Positions 26,247 to 33,776 of a stretch of 64,000 bases of DNA are shown here, piece after piece. The stretch covers positions 954-64,953 of the forward strand of contig JABHAL010000008.1 in the NCBI GenBank assembly GCA_018674305.1, in the 5' to 3' direction. How positions within the stretch are numbered: position 1 is the first letter of the stretch; each line of letters opens with the position of its first letter. Origin of the DNA: Candidatus Falkowbacteria bacterium (lineage in GTDB: Bacteria > Patescibacteriota > Patescibacteriia > UBA11705 > JABHMO01). The notes beneath the pieces were generated by a model. It did no database searches. It was not told the DNA's origin and saw only the letters and a program-made list of their open reading frames with translations. Both the position numbers and the translations under genes were made by a program.

Positions 26247-27382
26247 AAATAGGAATAGATTGTCGAAAATTTTATGACAGTCAGCAGAACGCAGGTGCTG
26301 GAATTGAAAGGTATACTTACCATTTAGTGAGAAATCTGCTATATCAGGATACTGTAAATCAGTATACTTTATTTTTTTATAGTGATATTTCACCTGAAAC
26401 CATCCACAAGATTAAAGGTTCAAATCCACGTATAAAAATTGTAAAAATGTTTCGTGCCAGTTCAAAGCTTCCGTTGTGGGATAATCATATTAACTTCACT
26501 CGACTGCTATTAAAGGAAAAACTGGACCTAACAATTTTTCCAGCGAATGTTATTCCTTTATTTTATAACAAAAAATCGTTATTGGTAGTTCATGATTTAG
26601 CAATTTATTTATTTCCGAAGTGGTTTCCAGAGAAACAATGGTTTTCCACAAGAATTTTGGTTCCTCGTAGTATCAAAAAAGCCAAAATAATAGTATCTAT
26701 TTCTCAAAGCACAAAAAAAGATTTAATAAAGTTATTCAAAGTTAATCCTGAAAAAATAAGAGTGATTCATCCAGGGATTGTAGTTAAAGACACTTACTTT
26801 GAAGAAGAAATAAAAAAAGTCAAAAATAAATTTGACATCAAGGGTGATTATTTGTTATTTATTGGAACTATAGAGCCAAGAAAAAATATTTTGAATTTAA
26901 TTAAGGCTTTTTCGAATTTTTTGTTTGAAAATGAAGAAATGAATGTTTCCTTAATACTGGCTGGTATTAAAGGTTGGAAATTTAAACCGGTTTTTCGACA
27001 GTTGAATGAAATAAATAAGCGTTTGACAACTTCAAGAATTAAATATGTAGGAAAGATTAGCAACAGAGAGAGAAACATCTTACTGAAAAGTTGCCAAGCT
27101 TTTGTTTTTCCTTCCCATTATGAAGGATTTGGTTTTCCTGTATTGGAGGCCATGGCCTTGGGTGCTCCAGTCATAACGGCGAACAATTCATCTTTGAAGG
27201 AAATTGCTGAGGATGCTGCAGTTTTGATTGACAGCAAGGACGTGAATTCAATACGTCGTGCCGTTAAACAAGTTTTGGAAGATAAAATTTTGCGCCAACG
27301 CCTAGTTAGTCAGGGGAGACAAAGATCGGGTAAGTTTAGCTGGGAAATAACAGTAAAAAAATTTATGACTTTATTAAAATAG
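26243..27382 (+). CDS. GT4-family glycosyltransferase
   Basis: GTIEPRKN, FVFPSHYEGFGFPVLEAMALG. Confidence 0.93.
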   Translation: MKIGIDCRKFYDSQQNAGAGIERYTYHLVRNLLYQDTVNQYTLFFYSDISPETIHKIKGSNPRIKIVKMFRASSKLPLWDNHINFTRLLLKEKLDLTIFPANVIPLFYNKKSLLVVHDLAIYLFPKWFPEKQWFSTRILVPRSIKKAKIIVSISQSTKKDLIKLFKVNPEKIRVIHPGIVVKDTYFEEEIKKVKNKFDIKGDYLLFIGTIEPRKNILNLIKAFSNFLFENEEMNVSLILAGIKGWKFKPVFRQLNEINKRLTTSRIKYVGKISNRERNILLKSCQAFVFPSHYEGFGFPVLEAMALGAPVITANNSSLKEIAEDAAVLIDSKDVNSIRRAVKQVLEDKILRQRLVSQGRQRSGKFSWEITVKKFMTLLK

Positions 27383-27407
27383 TGCCTTTGGTGGCACTAT
27401 TTAGTAG

Positions 27408-28361
27408 CTACAAATCAAGAGTGATTATGTTTATCTCTGGTGGATCAAATAATCGCGCGCGAGTACCAGTTTCTCCCAGACCGCTTGAAATATATAGGAC
27501 GGTCTGTTTTATTTTAAACAAACCTTTGTCAAAAGGTCTACCGAGTTCAGTCGGTAATGATGGAACGGATCCTAACCAGGGTAATCTGATTTGTCCGCCG
27601 TGAGTGTGGCCAGATAAAATTAAATCAAAAATTTCAGATTCTTTGTCCAATATTATATCTGGGTTATGACAAAGAAGAATGTTTGGTGTTCGTGGGTCCA
27701 AATTGTATTTTGCAACATGGAGATTATCTTTTTGTGTCCAGATATCAGGAATACCGGTAAGATTGAAATCGTTTTTATCAACACTTATTTTGGCAGTTTT
27801 ATTATCAAGAATCTCAATGTTCCATTTCTTAAATAATTCTCTTAAGGTTTTAGTTTTGTCTTTGTGCCTGGGGGCTCCTTCATAGGCTAACCCGAACTCA
27901 TGGTTTCCAGTTACTGCGAATATGGGATATTTTTTGCTAAGTTTTTCTAGCGGTTGAAGATAGTAGGCGTATTTTTCTTTTCCCAGAATATAGTCGCCAC
28001 CTAGTAGGATTAGGTCTGGTTCGTAGTTGTCTATTTTTTTGACGACACGATTAATAAAAAAAGATTTTTTATATCGACCAACATGGAGGTCGGAAATTAA
28101 GGCGATTTTGATATTTTCTTTTTTGTCAGTTTGTTTCAGGTCCAAGTTGATTTGTTTGGTTCTGATAATTTTTGGTTCTATGAAACTACCATAAAGAACA
28201 AGAACAAAACATGTAAGCAGAATAACAAGAAAGCAAATACGGATAAGTTCAGATTTACGAGTTTGTTTTTTGGGATAAAAAAAAGAACGTATGATAATAT
28301 ACATCCAATAAGCTGAAAAAAATAGGGTGAAGAAAATAATTGAGTCAAAAACAAACCACAT
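27408..28361 (-). CDS. membrane-anchored calcineurin-like metallophosphoesterase
   Basis: SDLH, GGD, GNHE, CHNP, GHTHGGQ. Start uncertain (ATG 28361). Confidence 0.9.
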   Translation of the reverse strand: MWFVFDSIIFFTLFFSAYWMYIIIRSFFYPKKQTRKSELIRICFLVILLTCFVLVLYGSFIEPKIIRTKQINLDLKQTDKKENIKIALISDLHVGRYKKSFFINRVVKKIDNYEPDLILLGGDYILGKEKYAYYLQPLEKLSKKYPIFAVTGNHEFGLAYEGAPRHKDKTKTLRELFKKWNIEILDNKTAKISVDKNDFNLTGIPDIWTQKDNLHVAKYNLDPRTPNILLCHNPDIILDKESEIFDLILSGHTHGGQIRLPWLGSVPSLPTELGRPFDKGLFKIKQTVLYISSGLGETGTRARLFDPPEINIITLDL

Positions 28362-28408
28362 AATTTTCAAATTTGAATTTTTAAGATTAGAGTCCCTCAA
28401 GTTAAGAG

Positions 28409-28542
28409 TGGTACCGGGGGGCGGGATCCCGAAGGGACACGTTGAACCGCCGAAGACAAAGGTCGAGTCACTTGGGGACGACCTTAGGGTTATGATTCCT
28501 ACGCTCTAACCAACCCCGAAGGGGCCCCTTTGGGGCTGAGCT
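28409..28542 (-). pseudogene. tRNA-Met(CAT) copy lacking the first 8 nt, with hairpin insertions in the T-loop (15 nt), variable loop (28 nt) and D-loop (22 nt)
   Basis: Identical to 28826-28893 once 28427-28441, 28454-28481 and 28514-28535 are removed. Confidence 0.85.
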
Positions 28543-28802
28543 TTTTGGTGGCATTTTTCTAGTATAAATAGTTTATCGGTATAACCAGAAGGTTTTTTAA
28601 GATAATATTCACGTTTATAGGCTGTTGATTTGTTGTTGTACTCTTCAAAGTAAATTATTTTCCAAGGTCTTCTATGTTTTGTAGATTTAACGTGACCAGC
28701 ATTGTGCTTATTCAATCTATGACTAAGATTAATTGAAGTACAGCCAATATAAAATCCTTTGTCTTTAAGACTTTTAAGAAAGTAAACTTTGTAGGAGTCC
28801 AT
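28506..28802 (-). CDS. small GIY-YIG nuclease
   Basis: YKVYFL...FYIGCT...RLNKHN...TK.RRPW......E..LK. The C-terminus and stop lie inside the tRNA copy. Confidence 0.9.
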   Translation of the reverse strand: MDSYKVYFLKSLKDKGFYIGCTSINLSHRLNKHNAGHVKSTKHRRPWKIIYFEEYNNKSTAYKREYYLKKPSGYTDKLFILEKCHQKAQPQRGPFGVG

Positions 28803-28825
28803 TTTTTATTTAGTTTCTATTTTTT

Positions 28826-28902
28826 TGGTACCGGGGGGCGGGATTGAACCGCCGACCTTAGGGTTATGATTCCTACGCTCTAACCAACTGAGCTACCCCG
28901 GC
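28826..28902 (-). tRNA. tRNA-Met(CAT), probably elongator (Ile2 not excluded)
   Basis: GCCGGGGTAGCTCAGTTGG...ATCATAA...GGTTCAATCC...ACCA cloverleaf. Confidence 0.92.
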
Positions 28903-28932
28903 ATAAAATTGTTTTGGGAGATCTATTTAAAA

Positions 28933-28991
28933 ATGATTCCTACGCTCTAACCAACCCCGAAGGGGCCCCTTTGGGGCTGAGCTACCCCGGC
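28933..28991 (-). pseudogene. 5' half of tRNA-Met (up to the anticodon) with the same 22-nt D-loop insertion
   Basis: GCCGGGGTAGCTCAG[CCCCAAAGGGGCCCCTTCGGGG]TTGGTTAGAGCGTAGGAATCAT. Confidence 0.85.
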
Positions 28992-29014
28992 ATACTCCGG
29001 GCAAGGCCCGGCAC

Positions 29015-29074
29015 AAAAAGACTCACAGCTCAGGGTACAAAGGGTATTTGTTATCTGAACCGTGAGTCTTTTTT
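29015..29074. terminator. terminator downstream of tRNA-fMet
   Basis: AAAAAGACTCAC...GTGAGTCTTTTT. Confidence 0.7.
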
Positions 29075-29091
29075 ATATAAAGTTTAGATTT

Positions 29092-29167
29092 TGGTAGCGG
29101 GGACTGGACTCGAACCAGTGACCTCCAGGTTATGGGCCTGGCGAGCTGCCAACTGCTCTACCCCGCG
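29092..29167 (-). tRNA. initiator tRNA-fMet(CAT)
   Basis: CGCGGGG start with unpaired C1:U72, A11-U24, CAT anticodon, CCA end. Confidence 0.93.
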
Positions 29168-29317
29168 ATAAATTTAATTCTAGCTTGATTTTTCACTTGA
29201 GAATATGCAACGATACAAAGTTAATATGTTGTGCGAATATTATAATGTAAAATGAATACTTTGTAAAGGCTTTTTTGGTTAGCCTTGAGAAACCTTATAG
29301 TAAGAGTTACCAAGGTA

Positions 29318-29404
29318 TGGTGCCGCGGGCCGGAATCGAACCGGCATGGTATTGCTACCGCTGGATTTTGAGTCCAGTGCGTCTACCAATTTCACCACCG
29401 CGGC
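29318..29404 (-). tRNA. tRNA-Leu(CAA)
   Basis: CTGGA-CTCAAAA-TCCAG anticodon arm, long variable arm, CCA end. Confidence 0.95.
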
Positions 29405-29463
29405 ATGTTTAGTTTTTAAGCAAACTTGAAATTGCGTAAGTTGTATACATATTATTGAGCGTT

Positions 29464-29513
29464 CAGCGCGCCTGCCTGCCGGCAGGCAGGTCTACCAGTT
29501 CCGCCACTTGACC
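29464..29513 (-). pseudogene. 5' fragment of a tRNA-Leu-like gene interrupted by a 20-bp perfect palindrome
   Basis: GGTCAAGTGGCGGAACTGGTAGA[CCTGCCTGCCGGCAGGCAGG]CGCGCTG. Confidence 0.7.
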
Positions 29514-29625
29514 TAAAACAATTTAAATTAACTGTAATCAAGTATATAGTAAAAAAACACAGTTGTCAAAGTCTAAAATTTAGGGTATAATGTTATTAGA
29601 AGTGAGCTTCATAATTTTTTGTTTT

Positions 29626-30387
29626 ATGGCAAAAGTTGTTGCTGTAGTTAATCAAAAAGGAGGAGTGGGTAAAACCACAACGGCTGTGAATTTAGGGGCA
29701 TACTTAGCTGAACATGGTAAGTATGTACTTTTGGTTGACTTGGATCCACAAGCAAATGCCTCTTCTGGTTTGGGGATTGATTATCAAAACATTAACAAGG
29801 GTATTTACGAGGCAATTTCTGGTGAATATTTATTAAGAGAGGTTTTACATCCAACTGACCATGTCGGCTTTCGCGTGGCGCCGGCCACTCCAGGTCTGGC
29901 TGGTGCAAATGTAGAATTAGTAAATGTGGAAAATCGTGAATTTTGTCTATCTCAAGCCATTTTAGAGGTGCGTGGTGATTATGATTATATATTAATTGAT
30001 TGCCCACCATCTTTGGGGCTTTTAACTTTGAATGGTTTAGTTGCTTCTGACTATGTTTTAATCCCAATCCAAGCTGAATATTACGCTTTGGAAGGTTTAG
30101 GTCAGTTGATAAGTACGATTAACTTGGTTCAGGAAAATTTGAAACCAGAGTTATCTATTCTTGGTGCGGTGATTACCATGTTTGATAAAAGAATTCGTTT
30201 ATCGGATCAAGTTATGCAAGAATTATATAAATTTTTCCCAGATAAAATTTTCAGAACTGTTATCCCGCGCAATGTACGCTTAACTGAGTCACCAAGTCAT
30301 GGTAAGTCGATTTTACACTATGACCCATCTTCAAAGGGTGCCCGGGCATATCAAAAGCTAGCTCGTGAGATGATTGAAATTATTTAA
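29626..30387 (+). CDS. parA: ParA/Soj ATPase
   Basis: NQKGGVGKTTT, DLDPQ.N, IDCPPSLG, RNVRL.ESPSHG. Confidence 0.96.
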   Translation: MAKVVAVVNQKGGVGKTTTAVNLGAYLAEHGKYVLLVDLDPQANASSGLGIDYQNINKGIYEAISGEYLLREVLHPTDHVGFRVAPATPGLAGANVELVNVENREFCLSQAILEVRGDYDYILIDCPPSLGLLTLNGLVASDYVLIPIQAEYYALEGLGQLISTINLVQENLKPELSILGAVITMFDKRIRLSDQVMQELYKFFPDKIFRTVIPRNVRLTESPSHGKSILHYDPSSKGARAYQKLAREMIEII

Positions 30388-30408
30388 ACAAAAAATAAAA
30401 TAAAAATT

Positions 30409-31284
30409 ATGGTCAAAGTAACAGGATTAGGTCGAGGGCTTGGCTCTTTAATACCAAAAAAAATACCAGCTAATATTATTTCTGATAAGAATAAGGATTT
30501 TTTAGTAACTGACGATTTGCAAAGGATTTTACAAATACCAGTAGATGATGTTGAAGCGAATCCAATGCAGCCCCGCAAGACATTTGCTCATGAAGATCTG
30601 GAGGAGCTGATGGAATCTATAAAAGTACATGGAATAATTCAGCCGATAATTGTAACTAAAGTAACTGATGGCTATCAATTAATTGCTGGAGAAAGAAGAT
30701 TAAGATCGGCAAAAATTTTAGGTTTAAATACCGTGCCGGCAATAGTTCGTGAGGTTGAAGAACAGGACAAATTGGAATTAGCTATAATTGAAAATGTGCA
30801 ACGAAAAAGCTTGAACCCAATTGAGAAAGCAATAGCTTATGAGCGATTGATGGATGAGTTTGGGTTATCGCAAGAAGATGTTGGGGTAAAATTGGGAGTT
30901 AGTCGTTCCGCAGTAGCTAATACTATTCGATTTTTGTCTTTAGCGGCGAAGGTCCAAGGAGCTTTAGTAGAAGGTATAATTTCAGAAGGCCATGCCAAAG
31001 TTATTGCCGGTTTGGAGGATGAAAAAGAACAATTAAAACTATTGGACAAAATTATTCAATCTGATTATACTGTTCGTGATGTGGAAAATATAAGTAAAAA
31101 AACAGGACCAAAAATAGCAAGGGCTAAAAAGGTAGATCCATTATTAGAAGAAAAAGAAGATATTCTCCGAAGTCGACTAAATACCAAAGTTAATATAAAG
31201 AAAAGTGGCGGGCAGGGTAAAATTGAAGTTGAATTTTATTCAGAAGAAGAATTAGAATCTATTGTAAATAAAATTATTGAGTAA
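30409..31284 (+). CDS. parB: ParB/Spo0J partition protein
   Basis: GLGRGL, NP.QPR, GIIQP, LIAGERR, IENVQR. Confidence 0.96.
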   Translation: MVKVTGLGRGLGSLIPKKIPANIISDKNKDFLVTDDLQRILQIPVDDVEANPMQPRKTFAHEDLEELMESIKVHGIIQPIIVTKVTDGYQLIAGERRLRSAKILGLNTVPAIVREVEEQDKLELAIIENVQRKSLNPIEKAIAYERLMDEFGLSQEDVGVKLGVSRSAVANTIRFLSLAAKVQGALVEGIISEGHAKVIAGLEDEKEQLKLLDKIIQSDYTVRDVENISKKTGPKIARAKKVDPLLEEKEDILRSRLNTKVNIKKSGGQGKIEVEFYSEEELESIVNKIIE

Positions 31285-31294
31285 AGAAATTCTT

Positions 31295-31855
31295 ATGAAC
31301 AAGATATTACTTGGAGGGTTATTAATTTGTTTGTCATTAAGTTTGGTCGGCTGTGAAAAAGCAGACAATCCAAACGTTTTTGAAATTAATGAAAAAACAA
31401 TAAAAGTATTAGTGAAGGGTTGGCAGTTGTATACCAATCCAGCCTTTCGTTATGAATTACGCTTTCCAAAAGGTTGGATAGTTTGGGATAGTGGCGAGGA
31501 TGGTTTAATTTCTCGGTTTCAGCCGGAGAATAATAGTGAAGATTCAGTAAAGATTATGGGTTATACCAACTGGAAAGAGAAATACACATTAGAAGAGTTC
31601 TATGAAAATCGATTTGAAAATTTATTCACTGCAGGTTATGAGAGTGAAGAAATAGAAATTGATAATGAAAAGGCCATTTGGTTCAAGCAGGTGAAGGATC
31701 GTATGGAGGCCCGACCAGGAAAGTTAGTTGATGTTATTGCCGTGAATCTAAATGACCGCATTATTGAAATTGAAATACGTAATGATTTCGATGACTCCAA
31801 AGTCATAATTAACAGTTTAAGCTTTTACGGTACCAAGACAATTTTGATTGATTAA
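31295..31855 (+). CDS. lipoprotein, PsbP-like
   Basis: Lipobox LVGC; W..YTN..F.YEL.FP.GW. Confidence 0.75.
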   Translation: MNKILLGGLLICLSLSLVGCEKADNPNVFEINEKTIKVLVKGWQLYTNPAFRYELRFPKGWIVWDSGEDGLISRFQPENNSEDSVKIMGYTNWKEKYTLEEFYENRFENLFTAGYESEEIEIDNEKAIWFKQVKDRMEARPGKLVDVIAVNLNDRIIEIEIRNDFDDSKVIINSLSFYGTKTILID

Positions 31856-31871
31856 AAATGGGATAAAAATT

Positions 31872-31904
31872 AAAGAGTCAGGATCTGAGGATCCTGACTC
31901 TTTT
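31872..31904. terminator. bidirectional terminator
   Basis: AAAGAGTCAGGATC-TGAG-GATCCTGACTCTTT. Confidence 0.85.
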
Positions 31905-31906
31905 GA

Positions 31907-32632
31907 TTAGTCATTTGTTGAGGCCAAGCGGATAATTCGTACATGATTGCTTGGTTGACTGGACTTTACTTGAAGCATGCCATCCTGGTAGGCTTCAAAA
32001 GTTGTTCCACTTTTCGGATGCCTTTCCAGTAGAGCAAAAACTTCATCTCCAGAACTCTTTACCCGAAAAAGGATATTTTTTTGAAAGTACCATTTCCAGT
32101 GTTGGCCTTTTTTAAGTTCAAAGACATTGTAAATGACGCCTGGTTTGATGTAGGTATCGAAGATTTTGTCATCAACGTAGTCATAGTCGTGTCCAATGGG
32201 TAGAGGACTTGTTATAACACGGACCTCTTCTTGACCATGTTCTGAGATTTCTACACTGTTTTTCATGATGCCATTGACACACCAACTGACAAACCAGATT
32301 CCACCACCTAAAATTGCCAGGGAAAGCATTAGGCTCATAAGTACTTCTAGTCCACCGCCCTTTGATTTTGCCGAAGCTGTGGTAGGTTTTGTCGGTTTAT
32401 CCGTGGTAGCCTTGTCTGACCCAGCTGTATCAGTTGGTGAGGGTGAATCATTTACCTTTGTTAGGTTAATGAATAGCATGATCAGTCCAGCAACTCCCAG
32501 CGCGCAAGGTATGGCCAGCTTGTACCACAGGTCTCCTTCAGCCCAGGCCGATTCAATGCCAATCAAACATATTCCAGCCAATAAAAGTATGAAAATAGGG
32601 CCTCTAAACTTAGCGGCAAGCGGATTCCTCAT
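31907..32632 (-). CDS. hypothetical membrane protein
   Basis: Three hydrophobic segments; GGAGG SD; coupled to the SPFH gene. Confidence 0.75.
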   Translation of the reverse strand: MRNPLAAKFRGPIFILLLAGICLIGIESAWAEGDLWYKLAIPCALGVAGLIMLFINLTKVNDSPSPTDTAGSDKATTDKPTKPTTASAKSKGGGLEVLMSLMLSLAILGGGIWFVSWCVNGIMKNSVEISEHGQEEVRVITSPLPIGHDYDYVDDKIFDTYIKPGVIYNVFELKKGQHWKWYFQKNILFRVKSSGDEVFALLERHPKSGTTFEAYQDGMLQVKSSQPSNHVRIIRLASTND

Positions 32633-33654
32633 TAACCGCCTCCTTTTTTACTAAGATCGACCAGCATGTTTTCCACTTGAGGAAGCAAACTACCGATATT
32701 GGGTAGCATTACAACCTTAGAGCTGGAACTTGTCCCGATTGCCTCGTATGCTTTAATTGTGTCAGCCGTTAGCCAGGCTTTTGCCACGCTGGCTGGTGGT
32801 AATTCGTCAAAACCGTAAGCCTTTGCTAAAACTTCCATTTTGGCGGCCAGAGCTTCAGCTTCATGTCTGGTTACTACAATTTGCAGCTTAGCCTTTTCAA
32901 TTTCCACTGCTTGCTCATCTTCTACTGCTGCCAGTTGAAGGCGGGCGGTTGCTTTGGCTCGGAGAGCCTCAGCGTCAGCAGTGTTGGCCAGCTCAATTCT
33001 TTTGTTAAGAGAAAGATCGGTGATTTCGATTGGTAAGCCCCTAGTCTCCAGATTTTTGCTGACAAGATCTTTTATTGTATTGATGAGTGTTTGCTGAACA
33101 CTCATTACTGTAGAGATAGTCATTTTTTCAATTTCTGCTTTGAGGTGTTGTTGCACAACGTCTTTGAGCATGCGTTGTATGGTTTTATGATCTATTTTTC
33201 CGTCTGTGCTGACTTCATAAAAACCTTCTAATGTTTGATCTGTTTTTTTAGGATCAGCACTAAAGCTGGTTTTATAGACAATACTAATTTCGTTAGTTTG
33301 TACTTCAATGACTCCAGTTTTAGTGTAGTCAATTTTTCCAGCAGTTGCTTTGGTTCCATTTTGGCCATTGGTATCAGTTCTGCAGTTGATAACCATGTTT
33401 TCAATGTCAAAACTCTGTCTTTGAATGGCGATAACATCCATTATTTGTATGAACGGATACCAGAAAAATCCTAGTCCCGGACCTCTGATCTCACAAGCAT
33501 CTGATCCCCATTTTCCGAGGATGGTCACGGTTCCTGATTTGGTTAAACAATAACAATGAGCTAGCCAAAAAGCAATTATCAGAGCAAAGACAACAATACC
33601 AGAGATCCAATGTATTGCACTGAGACTACCCAGTGTGAAAAATTGTGAAAACAT
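32632..33654 (-). CDS. SPFH/band-7 domain membrane protein
   Basis: TM helix, ..LGK....GPGL.F..PFI, GL.I..ITDL and Ala/Glu-rich coiled tail. Confidence 0.75.
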   Translation of the reverse strand: MFSQFFTLGSLSAIHWISGIVVFALIIAFWLAHCYCLTKSGTVTILGKWGSDACEIRGPGLGFFWYPFIQIMDVIAIQRQSFDIENMVINCRTDTNGQNGTKATAGKIDYTKTGVIEVQTNEISIVYKTSFSADPKKTDQTLEGFYEVSTDGKIDHKTIQRMLKDVVQQHLKAEIEKMTISTVMSVQQTLINTIKDLVSKNLETRGLPIEITDLSLNKRIELANTADAEALRAKATARLQLAAVEDEQAVEIEKAKLQIVVTRHEAEALAAKMEVLAKAYGFDELPPASVAKAWLTADTIKAYEAIGTSSSSKVVMLPNIGSLLPQVENMLVDLSKKGGG

Positions 33655-33728
33655 TATATACCTCCATGTTTTTAATGAACCTTGTTGGACTGATTATATT
33701 AACTTATTTGCCTATAGTTGTCAATATT

Positions 33729-33763
33729 AAAAAAACTCCCACTTAAAAAGCAGGAGTTTTTTT
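33729..33763 (-). terminator. terminator after the giant pilin fusion
   Basis: AAAAAACTCC...GGAGTTTTTT. Confidence 0.7.
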
Positions 33764-33776
33764 AATATTTTCTTTT

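Noticed and set aside
28409..29513. Prophage or genomic island integrated at tRNA
   Set aside because: Only 441 bp separate the repeats; there are no integrase or phage genes, and the flanks are housekeeping genes.
29520..31284. parS sites near parAB
   Set aside because: No TGTTTCACGTGAAACA-like palindrome was found by eye.
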